Assembly (NCBI GenBank): GCA_963667785.2
Contig: CAXXMU010000002.1
Coordinates: forward strand, 224,001 to 288,000
Source: Alphaproteobacteria bacterium
GTDB taxonomy: Bacteria > Pseudomonadota > Alphaproteobacteria > UBA828
Direction: 5' to 3'
Length of the DNA: 64,000 nucleotides
Positions 29,783 through 40,297 of the stretch are shown in pieces. The notes below the pieces were generated by a model. That model ran no database searches and was not told where the DNA came from. It was given only the letters and a program-made list of their open reading frames with translations. Position 1 is the stretch's first letter. Every line of letters begins with the position of its first letter. The position numbers and the translations under genes are program-made.

Positions 29783-30760
29783 TCAGCGCAGGTCCGCGAG
29801 CAGCGGCATCACCTCGTCGGCGAAGCGCTGCAGATGCGCGAGCTTCTCCCGCTCGTGCGCGAGCACGTTCAACACGAGGTGGCGCACGCCGGCCGCGTGG
29901 AACGCGCGGATCGCGTCCGCCACCGCCTCGGGCTCGCCGAGCGCGCAGTAGCGCTCCGCCGCGCGCGAGAAGTCCATGGCGTAGCGGATGCTCAGGAACC
30001 TGGCGGCGAAGGCAAGCGCGCTCTCGCGGTCCTTGTCGAGCCGGAGGAAGAGCAGATGGCCAGTGCCGAAGCGCTCGAGCGTGCGCCCGGCCGCCTCTGC
30101 GGCCGCGGCGATGGTCTCCAGTGACTGGCGGTAGCGCTCCGGCGTCACCACGTAGGAGAGCCAGCCGTCGGCGAGCCGGCCGGTGCGCCTGAGCGCGGCA
30201 TCGGCGCGGCCGCCGCACCAGATCGGCGGGCCGCCCGGTTGCGCCGGCGGCGGCTGCATCGCGACCTCGGGGAAGGGATAGAAGCGCCCCTCGTGGGCGA
30301 CCGGCCGCCCCGACCAGAGCTTGCGCAGCACTTGGATGCCCTCGCCGAGCCGCGCGCCGCGCTCCTCCACCGGCACGCCGCAGAGCTGGAACTCGAGGGG
30401 GAACTCGCCGCCGACGCCGACGCCGAAGATCAGGCGGCCGTTCGAGACCGTATCGAGGGTCGCGACCTGCTTCGCCACCGGCGCCGGGTGGCGCAGGGGG
30501 AGCAGGTGGACCGCCGTGCCGATGGCGAGGCGATCGCTCAGCGCCGCGGCCTGCGCCAACTGGATCAGCGGGTCGAGGATCGGGCCTGCGAAGGCGACGT
30601 GATCGCCGGACCAGATCGAATCGAAGCCCAGTGCGTCGAGCGCGCGGACCACGTCGGGCAGGTCGCCGCCGCGCGACGACGGCGGCGACTCGTCGTACTC
30701 GCTCGGCGCCAGGACGTGCTGCAAGCCGATGCTGAGCCTCGGCTCGAGGGGTAGCTCCAC
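29783..30760 (-). CDS. LLM-class flavin/F420-dependent oxidoreductase
   Basis: GFDSIWSGDH, PLRHP..VAKQVATLD..SNGRL, PPIWCGG, ADGW. Confidence 0.85.
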   Translation of the reverse strand: MELPLEPRLSIGLQHVLAPSEYDESPPSSRGGDLPDVVRALDALGFDSIWSGDHVAFAGPILDPLIQLAQAAALSDRLAIGTAVHLLPLRHPAPVAKQVATLDTVSNGRLIFGVGVGGEFPLEFQLCGVPVEERGARLGEGIQVLRKLWSGRPVAHEGRFYPFPEVAMQPPPAQPGGPPIWCGGRADAALRRTGRLADGWLSYVVTPERYRQSLETIAAAAEAAGRTLERFGTGHLLFLRLDKDRESALAFAARFLSIRYAMDFSRAAERYCALGEPEAVADAIRAFHAAGVRHLVLNVLAHEREKLAHLQRFADEVMPLLADLR

Positions 30761-30837
30761 GACCGTCTCCCGCGTTGGTCGGAACGGCCGCGCACTCTAA
30801 CGGATCGAACGCCTCGGCGCATCGCGCGCCCCGCGGC

Positions 30838-32142
30838 CTAGGCCGTGTCGAGCCCCGGGTAGATGGGGAAGGCGCGGCAGAGCGTGCGCACGTCTGCGCG
30901 AACGGCCTGCTCGACCGCCTCGTCCCGCGCCCCGCCGGCCGCGGCCATGGCGTGCAGCACGTCGGCGATCCAGCCGCCGATGCGGCGGAACTCGTCTTCG
31001 CCGAAGCCCCGCGTGGTGCCCGCCGCCGAGCCGAAGCGGAGCCCCGAGGTCACTCTGGGCGGCTGCGTGTCGCCCGGCACCGCATTCTTGTTGCAGGTGA
31101 GGCCGGCGGCCTCCAGCGCGTCGGATGCCGCCGCTCCCGTGAGCCCGAGCGGGCGCAGGTCCGCCACCAGGAGCGGCGTATCGGTGCCGCCGGCGACGAC
31201 GGCGACGCCGCGCGCCATCAGCGTGTCGGCGAGCGCGCGGGCGTTGGCCAGCACCCGGGCGGCGTAGGCCCTGAACGAGGGCTTCAGCGCCTCGCCCAGG
31301 CACACCGCCTTGGCCGCGACGGCGTTGAGGATCACGCTGCCCTGCACGCCGGGGAACACCGCGCTGTCGAGCTTGCGGGCGAGCACCGCGTCGTCGGTGA
31401 GGATGAGCCCGCCGCGCGCGCCGCGCAGGTTCTTGTAGGTGGTCGCCGTGGTCACGTGGGCGTGGGGGAGGGGGCTCGGATGCGCGTCGCCGGCGACGAG
31501 GCCGGCGAAGTGGGCCATGTCGGCGAGCAGGTAGGCGCCTGCCGCGTCGGCGATGCGGCGGAAGCGGGCGAAGTCGATGGCCCGCGGATAGGCCGAGCCG
31601 CCGCAGATGAGGAGCTTCGGCCGGTGCTCGCGCGCGAGCCGCTCGACCTCCTCCATGTCGATGAGGCCCGCCGCGTCGGTGCCGTAGCGGACCGGGCGGA
31701 ACCACTTGCCGGTGAGGTTCGGCGCGGCGCCGTGGCTGAGATGGCCGCCGGCATCGAGCGCCATGCCGAGCACCACATCGCCCGGCTGCAGCAGGGCGAG
31801 GAAGACCGCCTGGTTCGCCTGGCTGCCGGAGTGGGGCTGGACGTTTGCGAAGTCGCAGCCGAAGAGCTCCTTCGCCCGCTCGACGGCGAGCGATTCGATC
31901 CGGTCGGCGAAGGCGGCGCCGCCGTAGTAGCGGGCGCCGGGGCGGCCCTCCACGGTCTTGTTGACGATGACCGAGCCCAGCGCATCGAGGCTCGCCCGGC
32001 TGACCAGGTTCTCCGACGCGATCAGCTCGATCCCGTCCTGCTGGCGCTCCAGCTCGCCCGCGAGTGCCGCATGGACCTCCGGGTCGGCGGCGAACAGGCG
32101 GTCGAGGAAGTAGCCCGGCTCGAGCGCCGGGGAGTCTTTCAT
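30838..32142 (-). CDS. Divergent serine hydroxymethyltransferase paralogue (2-methylserine hydroxymethyltransferase/aldolase-like)
   Basis: [28 protein letters not shown] retained; variants [20 protein letters not shown]. Confidence 0.8.
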   Translation of the reverse strand: MKDSPALEPGYFLDRLFAADPEVHAALAGELERQQDGIELIASENLVSRASLDALGSVIVNKTVEGRPGARYYGGAAFADRIESLAVERAKELFGCDFANVQPHSGSQANQAVFLALLQPGDVVLGMALDAGGHLSHGAAPNLTGKWFRPVRYGTDAAGLIDMEEVERLAREHRPKLLICGGSAYPRAIDFARFRRIADAAGAYLLADMAHFAGLVAGDAHPSPLPHAHVTTATTYKNLRGARGGLILTDDAVLARKLDSAVFPGVQGSVILNAVAAKAVCLGEALKPSFRAYAARVLANARALADTLMARGVAVVAGGTDTPLLVADLRPLGLTGAAASDALEAAGLTCNKNAVPGDTQPPRVTSGLRFGSAAGTTRGFGEDEFRRIGGWIADVLHAMAAAGGARDEAVEQAVRADVRTLCRAFPIYPGLDTA

Positions 32143-32927
32143 TGCGCCGCCGCCGGCTCGAGCAGGCAGTCGTCGGCGAGCGGCACCACCGGGGTGAAGT
32201 CGGTGTGATGCTTGTGCTCGGGCCGGGCGAACGCGGTCTGGGCGTTGGCGACGGGGTTGAGGATGAGCGAGAAGATGGCGCGGTCCCAGGGCGACATGTT
32301 GCCGGGCGAGCCGTGCACCATCAGGTCGCCGAAGATGAGCGCGGTGCCGGGGGGGCCGAGCGCGGGCCGGATGCTGCCTTCCGCGATCAGGTCCGTCACC
32401 GTCTCGCGGTCCACCACCCAGAGCGGATAGCTCGTGCTCGCGGTGTCGTGGAAGGTGGGCAGCGGCGCGTGCCGCTGCGAGCCGGGGATGAAGTAGAGCG
32501 GGCCGTTGTAGTGGCTCACCTCGTCCAGCAGGATGTGCAGGTTGAGCGCCTGCGGCGCCGGCACGCCGTCGTCCCGGTGGTGGGTGGCGAAGTCGTAGTG
32601 CCACTGCCAGACGTCGCCCTCGAAGGCGGCCTTCACGTTGACCTTCACCTGCTGGATGTAGAGATCGGGGCCTGCGATCTGCTGCGCCGGTCCGACCAGG
32701 CGCGGATGGCGCGCGAGGCGGGCGAAGAGCTCGCTGCGCTGGTGCAACCCCATGACCGTGCGGGGTACGCCGCCGGTCTTCTCGGCGACGTTGGCCTCGC
32801 TCTCCTCCTCGAAGAGCGGCGGCAGGGCGGCGCGTATCGCCGCCACCTCGGCCGCGGAGAAGAGGCCGGGAAGGATTAGCAGGCCGTCCCGTTGGAAGGC
32901 CTCGAGATGCGCGCTGTCGAGCTTCAC
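32139..32927 (-). CDS. Fe(II)/2-oxoglutarate dioxygenase, PhyH family, ectoine hydroxylase (EctD)-like
   Basis: [17 protein letters not shown] (HxD), [24 protein letters not shown]; GTG start. Confidence 0.85.
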   Translation of the reverse strand: MKLDSAHLEAFQRDGLLILPGLFSAAEVAAIRAALPPLFEEESEANVAEKTGGVPRTVMGLHQRSELFARLARHPRLVGPAQQIAGPDLYIQQVKVNVKAAFEGDVWQWHYDFATHHRDDGVPAPQALNLHILLDEVSHYNGPLYFIPGSQRHAPLPTFHDTASTSYPLWVVDRETVTDLIAEGSIRPALGPPGTALIFGDLMVHGSPGNMSPWDRAIFSLILNPVANAQTAFARPEHKHHTDFTPVVPLADDCLLEPAAAQ

Positions 32928-32975
32928 GGGGCCCGCCTCAGCCGACGCCTGCAGAGTGCCTGCCGGAACGCCGGA

Positions 32976-33016
32976 GGGCCGGCACCCTCCCGCGCGAGGC
33001 GGGGAGGGCCCGGCCC
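32976..33016. terminator. GC-rich stem-loop between the amidohydrolase and the PhyH gene (terminator or stability element)
   Basis: GGGCCGG..CCCTCCC pairs with GGGAGGG..CCGGCCC; no U-tract. Confidence 0.3.
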
Positions 33017-33037
33017 CCGCGACGGTGCGCGGCCGGC

Positions 33038-34336
33038 CTACTCGGCGGCGGCCGGCGTCGCGCTGCGCCGGCGCTTGGCCAGCGCGATCTCGTTGGGCGC
33101 GCGGTGGTAGGCGCCGTCCTTCATGATCATGAGCAGGTTGTCGGTATCCTGCATGATCGAGACGTCCTTGGTCGGGTCGCCATCGACCAGCAGCAGGTCG
33201 GCCAGATAGCCCTCCTTGACCATGCCCACGTTCATGTCCATGAGCTCGCCGGCCCACTTGGTGGCGCCGATCAGCGCCTCGGCCGGCGAGTAGCCGAACA
33301 GGTTGACGAAGTGCTCCATGTCGCGGGCGTTGGCGCCGATGGGGTTCCAGGCGAAGCCGTAGTCGCCGCCCGGCATGGCCCGGATGCCGCGCTTGCGCAC
33401 CTCCTTGTAGGTGCGGACCGTGTGCTCCATCTTGTAGAACATGTTGTAGCTCTCGGCGACCTCGCGGGTGATGCCCCACTCGGCGGCCTCGTGCGCGAAC
33501 GTGTAGACGATGCCGACGGCCGGCGCGAGGTAGACGTCCTTCTTCTTGGCCTCCAGCATGTCGAGCGTCTTATTCGTCGCGTAGTCGGCGTGGTAGATGA
33601 TGTTGATGCCGTGCTTGAGCGCGAGCCGCACCGCCTTGTCGGCGCGCGCGTGGGTGATGAGGTTGACGTCGGCCTCGCGCGCGACCTCGGCCGCGGCGGC
33701 CACCTCGGCATCGAAGTAGGTGATCTTCTCGGACTGCCCGGGCTGGCAGAATTCGTCGCCCGAGATGTTGATCTTCAGGTTGTCCACGCCCTCGCGCACG
33801 CAGAGGCGGCAGGCCTTGCGCACCTCGTCCGCGCCGTCGGCGATGTAGCCCACCGATTCCGCGTGCATGTGCCACATGCGCTCGTCGCCGAGCCCGCCCG
33901 AGGAGACGATCTCGGGCGAGGCCGCCTTGATGCGCGGGCCCGGATAGCGCCCGGCATTGATCACGTCGCGCAGCACCGGCTCGATGCGGAGCTTGCTGTA
34001 GCCGACGCCGGCGGCCGAGAAGAGGCTGGTGAAGCCGTGGTCGAGCATGGTGCGCGCATTGTCGAGCGCGAGCACCATGTGCTCCTCGGGCGAGAGGCGC
34101 CCGATCTCCGGCAGGGTCGTGCTGTCGATGTAGCAGACATGGGAGTGGGGCTCGACGAGGCCCGGCATCAGCGTGGCGCCTGCGCCGTCCACCACTGTCG
34201 CCCCGTTTGCCCTGATCTTGCCCTTGCCGCGCGCGACCTTCTTGATGAGGTTGCCCTGGAGCAACACCTCGCCCGCGAAGGTGCGCTTGGCGTTGCCGTC
34301 GAAAATCGTGACATTCTTGAAGAGCGTCTGTGCCAT
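33038..34336 (-). CDS. Metal-dependent amidohydrolase (Xaa-Pro dipeptidase/imidazolonepropionase-like)
   Basis: LMPGLVEPHSH, NLKINISG, THAR, IYHA, GGDYG, ADLLLVDGDP. Confidence 0.85.
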   Translation of the reverse strand: MAQTLFKNVTIFDGNAKRTFAGEVLLQGNLIKKVARGKGKIRANGATVVDGAGATLMPGLVEPHSHVCYIDSTTLPEIGRLSPEEHMVLALDNARTMLDHGFTSLFSAAGVGYSKLRIEPVLRDVINAGRYPGPRIKAASPEIVSSGGLGDERMWHMHAESVGYIADGADEVRKACRLCVREGVDNLKINISGDEFCQPGQSEKITYFDAEVAAAAEVAREADVNLITHARADKAVRLALKHGINIIYHADYATNKTLDMLEAKKKDVYLAPAVGIVYTFAHEAAEWGITREVAESYNMFYKMEHTVRTYKEVRKRGIRAMPGGDYGFAWNPIGANARDMEHFVNLFGYSPAEALIGATKWAGELMDMNVGMVKEGYLADLLLVDGDPTKDVSIMQDTDNLLMIMKDGAYHRAPNEIALAKRRRSATPAAAE

Positions 34337-34560
34337 CGTCTCTGCCTCCGCCTCGGGCCTGCGCAGCCAGGGTCTCGGGGGCGCAGCCTCAAGGCTCGTT
34401 CGCCGCGCCGCTACGGGCGACGCACGCCGCTGCGTGCAGCTTATGCCTCCGCCACCCGCCTCGCAATCGCAAACCGGCATGGCGCGGCCGGTTCCCCCTG
34501 TAGCGGCACAGGGGCATACTGCCGGCCGCGCGCTGGGGGCGCTGAGGGAGGGTGCAGGAC

Positions 34561-35199
34561 ATGCTGGTCGTCTGGGGCCGCAAGAACTCGATCAACGTGC
34601 AAAAGGTGATGTGGACCGCGGGGGAGCTGGGCCTGGCTCACGAGCGTCACGACGTGGGTGGTCCCTTCGGCGGGCTCGACACGGCGGACTACGGCGCGCT
34701 CAACCCCAACCGGCGCATCCCCACCATCGTGGACGGCGACGGCCCCGCTATCTGGGAATCGCACAGTTGCGTCCGCTACCTCGCCGCGCGCTACGGCGCC
34801 GGCACCCTCTGGCCCGAGGACCCGGCGGCCCGCGCCCTTGCCGACCGCTGGCTCGACTGGATGCAGACCACGCTGCTGCCGAACCTCGCGCCGGTCTTCA
34901 TCGGGCTGATCCGCACGCCCGCCGAGGAGCGCGACACGGCGCGGATCGAGCGCAGCGCGCGGGCCATGGGCGAGACTTGGCGCATTCTCGATGCCCACCT
35001 GGAAGGTCGGCAGTTCGTCGCGGCCGATGCGCTCACCATGGGCGACATCGCCGTCGGCGCCGCCTGCTACCGCTACCACGCGCTGGACGTCGAGGGGCTG
35101 GGCGTGGAGCGCCCGGCGCTGCCTCATGTCGCGGCCTGGTACGCACGGCTCAAGGAGCGCGCGCCCTTCCGCACCCACGTGATGATCCCGCTGAGCTAG
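34561..35199 (+). CDS. Glutathione S-transferase (GstB/YliJ-like)
   Basis: WGRKNSINVQKVMW, LNPNRRIP, IWES, DRWLDW, TMGDI. Confidence 0.9.
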   Translation: MLVVWGRKNSINVQKVMWTAGELGLAHERHDVGGPFGGLDTADYGALNPNRRIPTIVDGDGPAIWESHSCVRYLAARYGAGTLWPEDPAARALADRWLDWMQTTLLPNLAPVFIGLIRTPAEERDTARIERSARAMGETWRILDAHLEGRQFVAADALTMGDIAVGAACYRYHALDVEGLGVERPALPHVAAWYARLKERAPFRTHVMIPLS

Positions 35200-35222
35200 C
35201 TTGTTATTTAGGAGGGACTGGT

Positions 35223-36272
35223 ATGGCAAACGCTGAACAAAGCCAAAGGCTTTTGGATACTTGTTCTCAAATACTTGAGTTGAAGAACCACAGGGGCAAA
35301 TACTATGAGAGATCAGAATGGGGTGCAATGTCATTTGTTCAAATTAAACCGCAATTGGAGTCTGTTTTTTGGTCAGTAGAGGAGCTAATGTCATTGCCAG
35401 AGGAACACATTCTCATAGCTCCAGGCAATATCGTTGATAGTGTGGTAACACGATTAAACGGAATTGTGGAGAATTTGCAGCAAATAGACAACTTTACCAT
35501 ATCGCAGGACAACGCGCCGACAATACATAACCAGCTGACCGATTCATTGAGAAGTAATGCTGAAAAACTATTAGGCCTTCTCACTCCCTGGATACCTTTC
35601 TTGGCAATGCGAGGTCAGGAGGGTGGGCGCTTACTAGAAGAGATGCGGAAGGCCAACACCCGAGTAAATCAAGTGCTGGAAGAAACTAACGAGTATGTTG
35701 ACAGTACAAGACGAAAAATAGATTCGGCGTTGCGAGCTGCGCGTGAAGAGTCAAGTAGAGCTGGAGCATCGCAGTTCACGATGCAGTTCCGGGACGAGGC
35801 AGACAATGCACGAATCCGCAGCTTCTTATGGCTGGCACCGACAGGAGTATTTGCGGTGGCAGCACTTGTATTGTCACTTATCTTCATGCTGGGATTGTTC
35901 GTGGGAACTCCGGAAAGTGCTTTAGAATTAGCTTATGGAATTGGTGGGCGCGTAATAGGAATCTCTGTTCTGTTTTATGCTGCGATTTGGTCAGGAAGGA
36001 TAGCCCTTGCCAATATGCACCTAACTAGCGTCAATAGACACCGCGCTATTAGCCTTGAGACACTTCAGGCATTTCAGCATGCGGTCGGCGATCCTGCTGC
36101 TAGAGATGCAGTGGTATTGGAGGCCGCCCGTGCTGTCTACGAAAACGTACCTAGCGGCTATATTGGCCGACAAGCAGGTGAACATAGCGGCGGTGGGCGC
36201 ATTTTGGAGCTCATTCGAAGCACGAGACCACAAGCGGGGCAACAGGCAGCTGCTACCCCACCGCAGCAATAA
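35223..36272 (+). CDS. Hypothetical coiled-coil protein with two C-terminal transmembrane helices; low GC, probably horizontally acquired
   Basis: RBS AGGAGG, 349-aa ORF; AT-rich codons (TTA, ATA, AGA); two hydrophobic segments. Confidence 0.75.
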   Translation: MANAEQSQRLLDTCSQILELKNHRGKYYERSEWGAMSFVQIKPQLESVFWSVEELMSLPEEHILIAPGNIVDSVVTRLNGIVENLQQIDNFTISQDNAPTIHNQLTDSLRSNAEKLLGLLTPWIPFLAMRGQEGGRLLEEMRKANTRVNQVLEETNEYVDSTRRKIDSALRAAREESSRAGASQFTMQFRDEADNARIRSFLWLAPTGVFAVAALVLSLIFMLGLFVGTPESALELAYGIGGRVIGISVLFYAAIWSGRIALANMHLTSVNRHRAISLETLQAFQHAVGDPAARDAVVLEAARAVYENVPSGYIGRQAGEHSGGGRILELIRSTRPQAGQQAAATPPQQ

Positions 36273-36288
36273 TCGGTGCCGGGATCGC

Positions 36289-36753
36289 CTAAGCCTCGGC
36301 CCAGCCGTCCTTGTGGGCGCAGAAGGCCTTTACGTCGAACACCGTATGCGCGAAGAGCCAGCGGCCGTCGCGCTTCACCAGGCGGTCGTCGTAGGAGGCG
36401 ATGATCCAGCGCGCCTCGTCCCGGCCCTCGTCGTTCAGCGCCGTGCACGGCATGAGCAGCCACCACTGGCCGCGCGCGGTGTCGCCGTCCACGTCGATGA
36501 TCTCGTTCAGCGCCAGATGGGCGGCGAAGCTGATCTGCCTGCCGACTTCGCGCACCATGTTGCCGAAGGCCTCGGCGCCTTCCTGCCGGCCGAAGGCCTC
36601 GCCGCCGTCCCAGACCGCATCCGGCGTCATCAGCGTCACGATGCCGTCGGCGTCGTAGCCGGCATCGGCATAGGCCATGTAGCGGTGCTTGAGGCGACGG
36701 ATCGCCTCGATGTCCTCGAGTCGCTGGACGCGCTCTTCCAGTGTGGCGTTCAT
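36289..36753 (-). CDS. SnoaL-like/NTF2 family protein (BaiE/LinA-like)
   Basis: LEERVQRLEDIEAIRRLKHRY..D, AAHLALNEII, YDDRLVKRDGRW. Confidence 0.8.
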   Translation of the reverse strand: MNATLEERVQRLEDIEAIRRLKHRYMAYADAGYDADGIVTLMTPDAVWDGGEAFGRQEGAEAFGNMVREVGRQISFAAHLALNEIIDVDGDTARGQWWLLMPCTALNDEGRDEARWIIASYDDRLVKRDGRWLFAHTVFDVKAFCAHKDGWAEA

Positions 36754-36755
36754 GG

Positions 36756-37226
36756 TCAGCCCTCCACCCAGCCGTCCTTGTGCGGCTTTATGAAGTGAGT
36801 GTCTATGGTCAGCGTCTCGTAGAGCCAGGTGCCGCCCTGCCGGACGTAGCGGTCCTCGTATTCGCCGAGGAGCCAGACCGCCGTCTTCACGCCGTCCATC
36901 ACGATGGTCGCCGGCATGATGATCCACCAGTGCCCCTGCGCGGTGCCGTTCTCCACGTCCACGTCGATCCGCTCGTTCATCACCAGGTGGCCGGCGAAGA
37001 CGATCTCCGAGGAGACGCGAGTGAAGTGGGCATGGATCGCCGCGCGGCCCTCGTGGCGGCCGAAGTCGTCGCCGCCATCCCAGACGCCGTCCTCGACGAA
37101 CTGCGCGGCGATGCCGTCGGCGTCGTAGCCGTCATCGCAGTAGGCGCAGTACTGGTGCTTCAGCCGCTTGATGGCCTCGATGGATTCGAGTGTCTCGACG
37201 CGACGTTCGAGTTCGCTCAGCGCCAT
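36756..37226 (-). CDS. SnoaL-like/NTF2 family protein (paralogue)
   Basis: LESIEAIKRLKHQYCAYCDDG, AGHLVMNERI, YEDRYVRQGGTW. Confidence 0.8.
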   Translation of the reverse strand: MALSELERRVETLESIEAIKRLKHQYCAYCDDGYDADGIAAQFVEDGVWDGGDDFGRHEGRAAIHAHFTRVSSEIVFAGHLVMNERIDVDVENGTAQGHWWIIMPATIVMDGVKTAVWLLGEYEDRYVRQGGTWLYETLTIDTHFIKPHKDGWVEG

Positions 37227-37260
37227 GGTGCTCTCCCTTCCCTGTCTCTGCCGCCGCCCG

Positions 37261-39107
37261 TCATCGCTCGAGCGCCTCGGCCTTCTTCGGGTCGACCCAC
37301 CAGGTATCCAGCACGGTGCCGTAGACGGGGATCGCCTCGGGCCGGCCGAACTTGTCCCAGTAGGCGTAGCGGTCGTCGTTCAGGTGGTAGAGGGGGACCA
37401 TGTAGTGCCCCCACATCAGCACGCGATCCATGGCGCGGACGGCATCGGCGAAATCCCCGCGTTCGCGCGCCTGGGTCATGCGGGCGATGAGCTCGTCCAC
37501 CACCGGGTCCCTGATCCCTGGATAGTTGCGCGTCCCCTCCTGATCCGCCGCGTCCGCACCCCAGTAGAAGGCCTGCTCGTTGCCCGGCGAGAGCGACATG
37601 CCCCAGCGGTAGATGAGCATGTCGAAGTCGTAGACGTTGCGCCGGTACTGGTACTGCGCCGTGTCCACGGTGCGGACCTTGGCCTGGACTCCGAGGCGCT
37701 CGAGATTGCGGGCGAAGGCGAGGGCGATCTTCTCGTTGCCCGGGTTCACCAGCAGGATCTCGAAGGCGAGCGGCAGGCCGTCCGCTTCCCGCCGCAGCAC
37801 GCCATCCTCGACGCGCCATCCGGCCTCGGCCAGCAGGCGCCTGGCCTGCGCCAGGTTCCTGCGCAGGCCGCCCTCCACGGCGGGCGCGTGGTAGGGGGTG
37901 TCGAACAGCTCGGGCGGCAGCCTGTCTCGGTGAGGCTCCAGCAGGGCGAGCTCGCCGCTTTTCGGCAGGCCGCGGAAGCCGAGCTCGGAGTTGTCGAAGA
38001 TGGCGTTGGTGCGGACGTAGGCGCCCTGCAGCAGCGCCCTGTTGACCCACTCGAAGTCGAACGCGAGGGAGAGCGCGTAGCGCACCGCGCGCTCGGCGAA
38101 GACCGGCCGCCGGGTGTTGTAGGCCAGCGCGAACATGCCCGACGGCCGCCCGTGCGGGAGCTGCTCCAGCCTGACGCGGCCGTCTTCCACCGCCGGGAAG
38201 TCGTAGCCGGTGGCCCAGCGGGTCGCCGAGCGTTCCAGGCGCAGGTCGTACTCGCCCGCGCGGAAGGCCTCCAGCATCACCTCGTCGTCGCGGTAATAGT
38301 CGTAGGAGATGCGGTCGATATTGTGCTGCCCGCGGTTGATCGGCAGGTCCCTGCCCCAATAGTCGGGGTCGCGGCGGTAGACGATGCCGCGGCCGGCATC
38401 GACGCGCTCGATACGGTAGGGGCCGCTGCCGAGCGGGGGCGTCAGCGTCGTCTCGTCGAAGGTGACGGACGAGTAGTAGGCCTTGGACAGGATCGGCATC
38501 AGCCCCAGGATGAGCGGCAGCTCGCGGTCCGGCTCCTCGGCGTCGAAGACGAAGCGCACCGTGCGCGCGTCGGGCCGCTCGATCTCGACGACCTTGTTGT
38601 AGTAGAGCCGGTGGTTGGGCCTGCCCTGCTCCTTCAGCGTCTCCCACGAGAAGATGACGTCGTCCACGGTGATCGGGCTGCCGTCGTGGAAGCGGGCCTC
38701 CGGCCGCAGCGTGAAGGCGATGGACGAGCGGTCGTCCGGCACGTCGATCGATTCGGCGATCAGGCCGTAGAGCGAGAAGGGCTCGTCCCAGGTGCGCTTG
38801 AGCAGGCTCTCGAAGACCAGGTGCCGGCCGTGCGCCACCACGCCCTTGATGATGAAGGGGTTGAGGTTGTCGAAGGTGCCGGTGGATGCGCGCCGCATCT
38901 CGCCGCCCTCGGGCGCGTCGGGATTGACGTAGTCGAGATGCGCGAAGCCGGGGGCGTACTTTGGCTGCCCGTGCATGGCGATGCCGTGGGCAGGCGCCGC
39001 CATGGGCCGGGCGCTTCCCAGCGCGAGCGCCGCAAGCACCGCAAGCGCGACCAGCGCCGCCGCCGCAAGCGCCGTTCCGGCCGTTCGCCGGCCCCGGCTC
39101 CTCCCCA

Positions 39108-39108
<1 letters not shown>
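37261..39108 (-). CDS. ABC transporter substrate-binding protein, YejA-like
   Basis: HGIAMHGQPKY, YVNPDAPEGG, GTFDNLNPF, YGLIAE, ARFHDG, SPGNEQ, RNYPG. Confidence 0.85.
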
Positions 39109-40217
<1,109 letters not shown>

Positions 40218-40297
40218 GGCGCCCTCCTCATGTCGATTCGGCAACGGCGGCTACTGTCTCACCGGGCATGGACGCCGGCAAGACTCTGGGCTGCAAA

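Noticed and set aside
34173-35222. 699-aa ORF joining GC-rich sequence to the low-GC gene
   Set aside because: The upstream part overlaps the GST gene in another frame; RBS and ATG at 35223 define the real start
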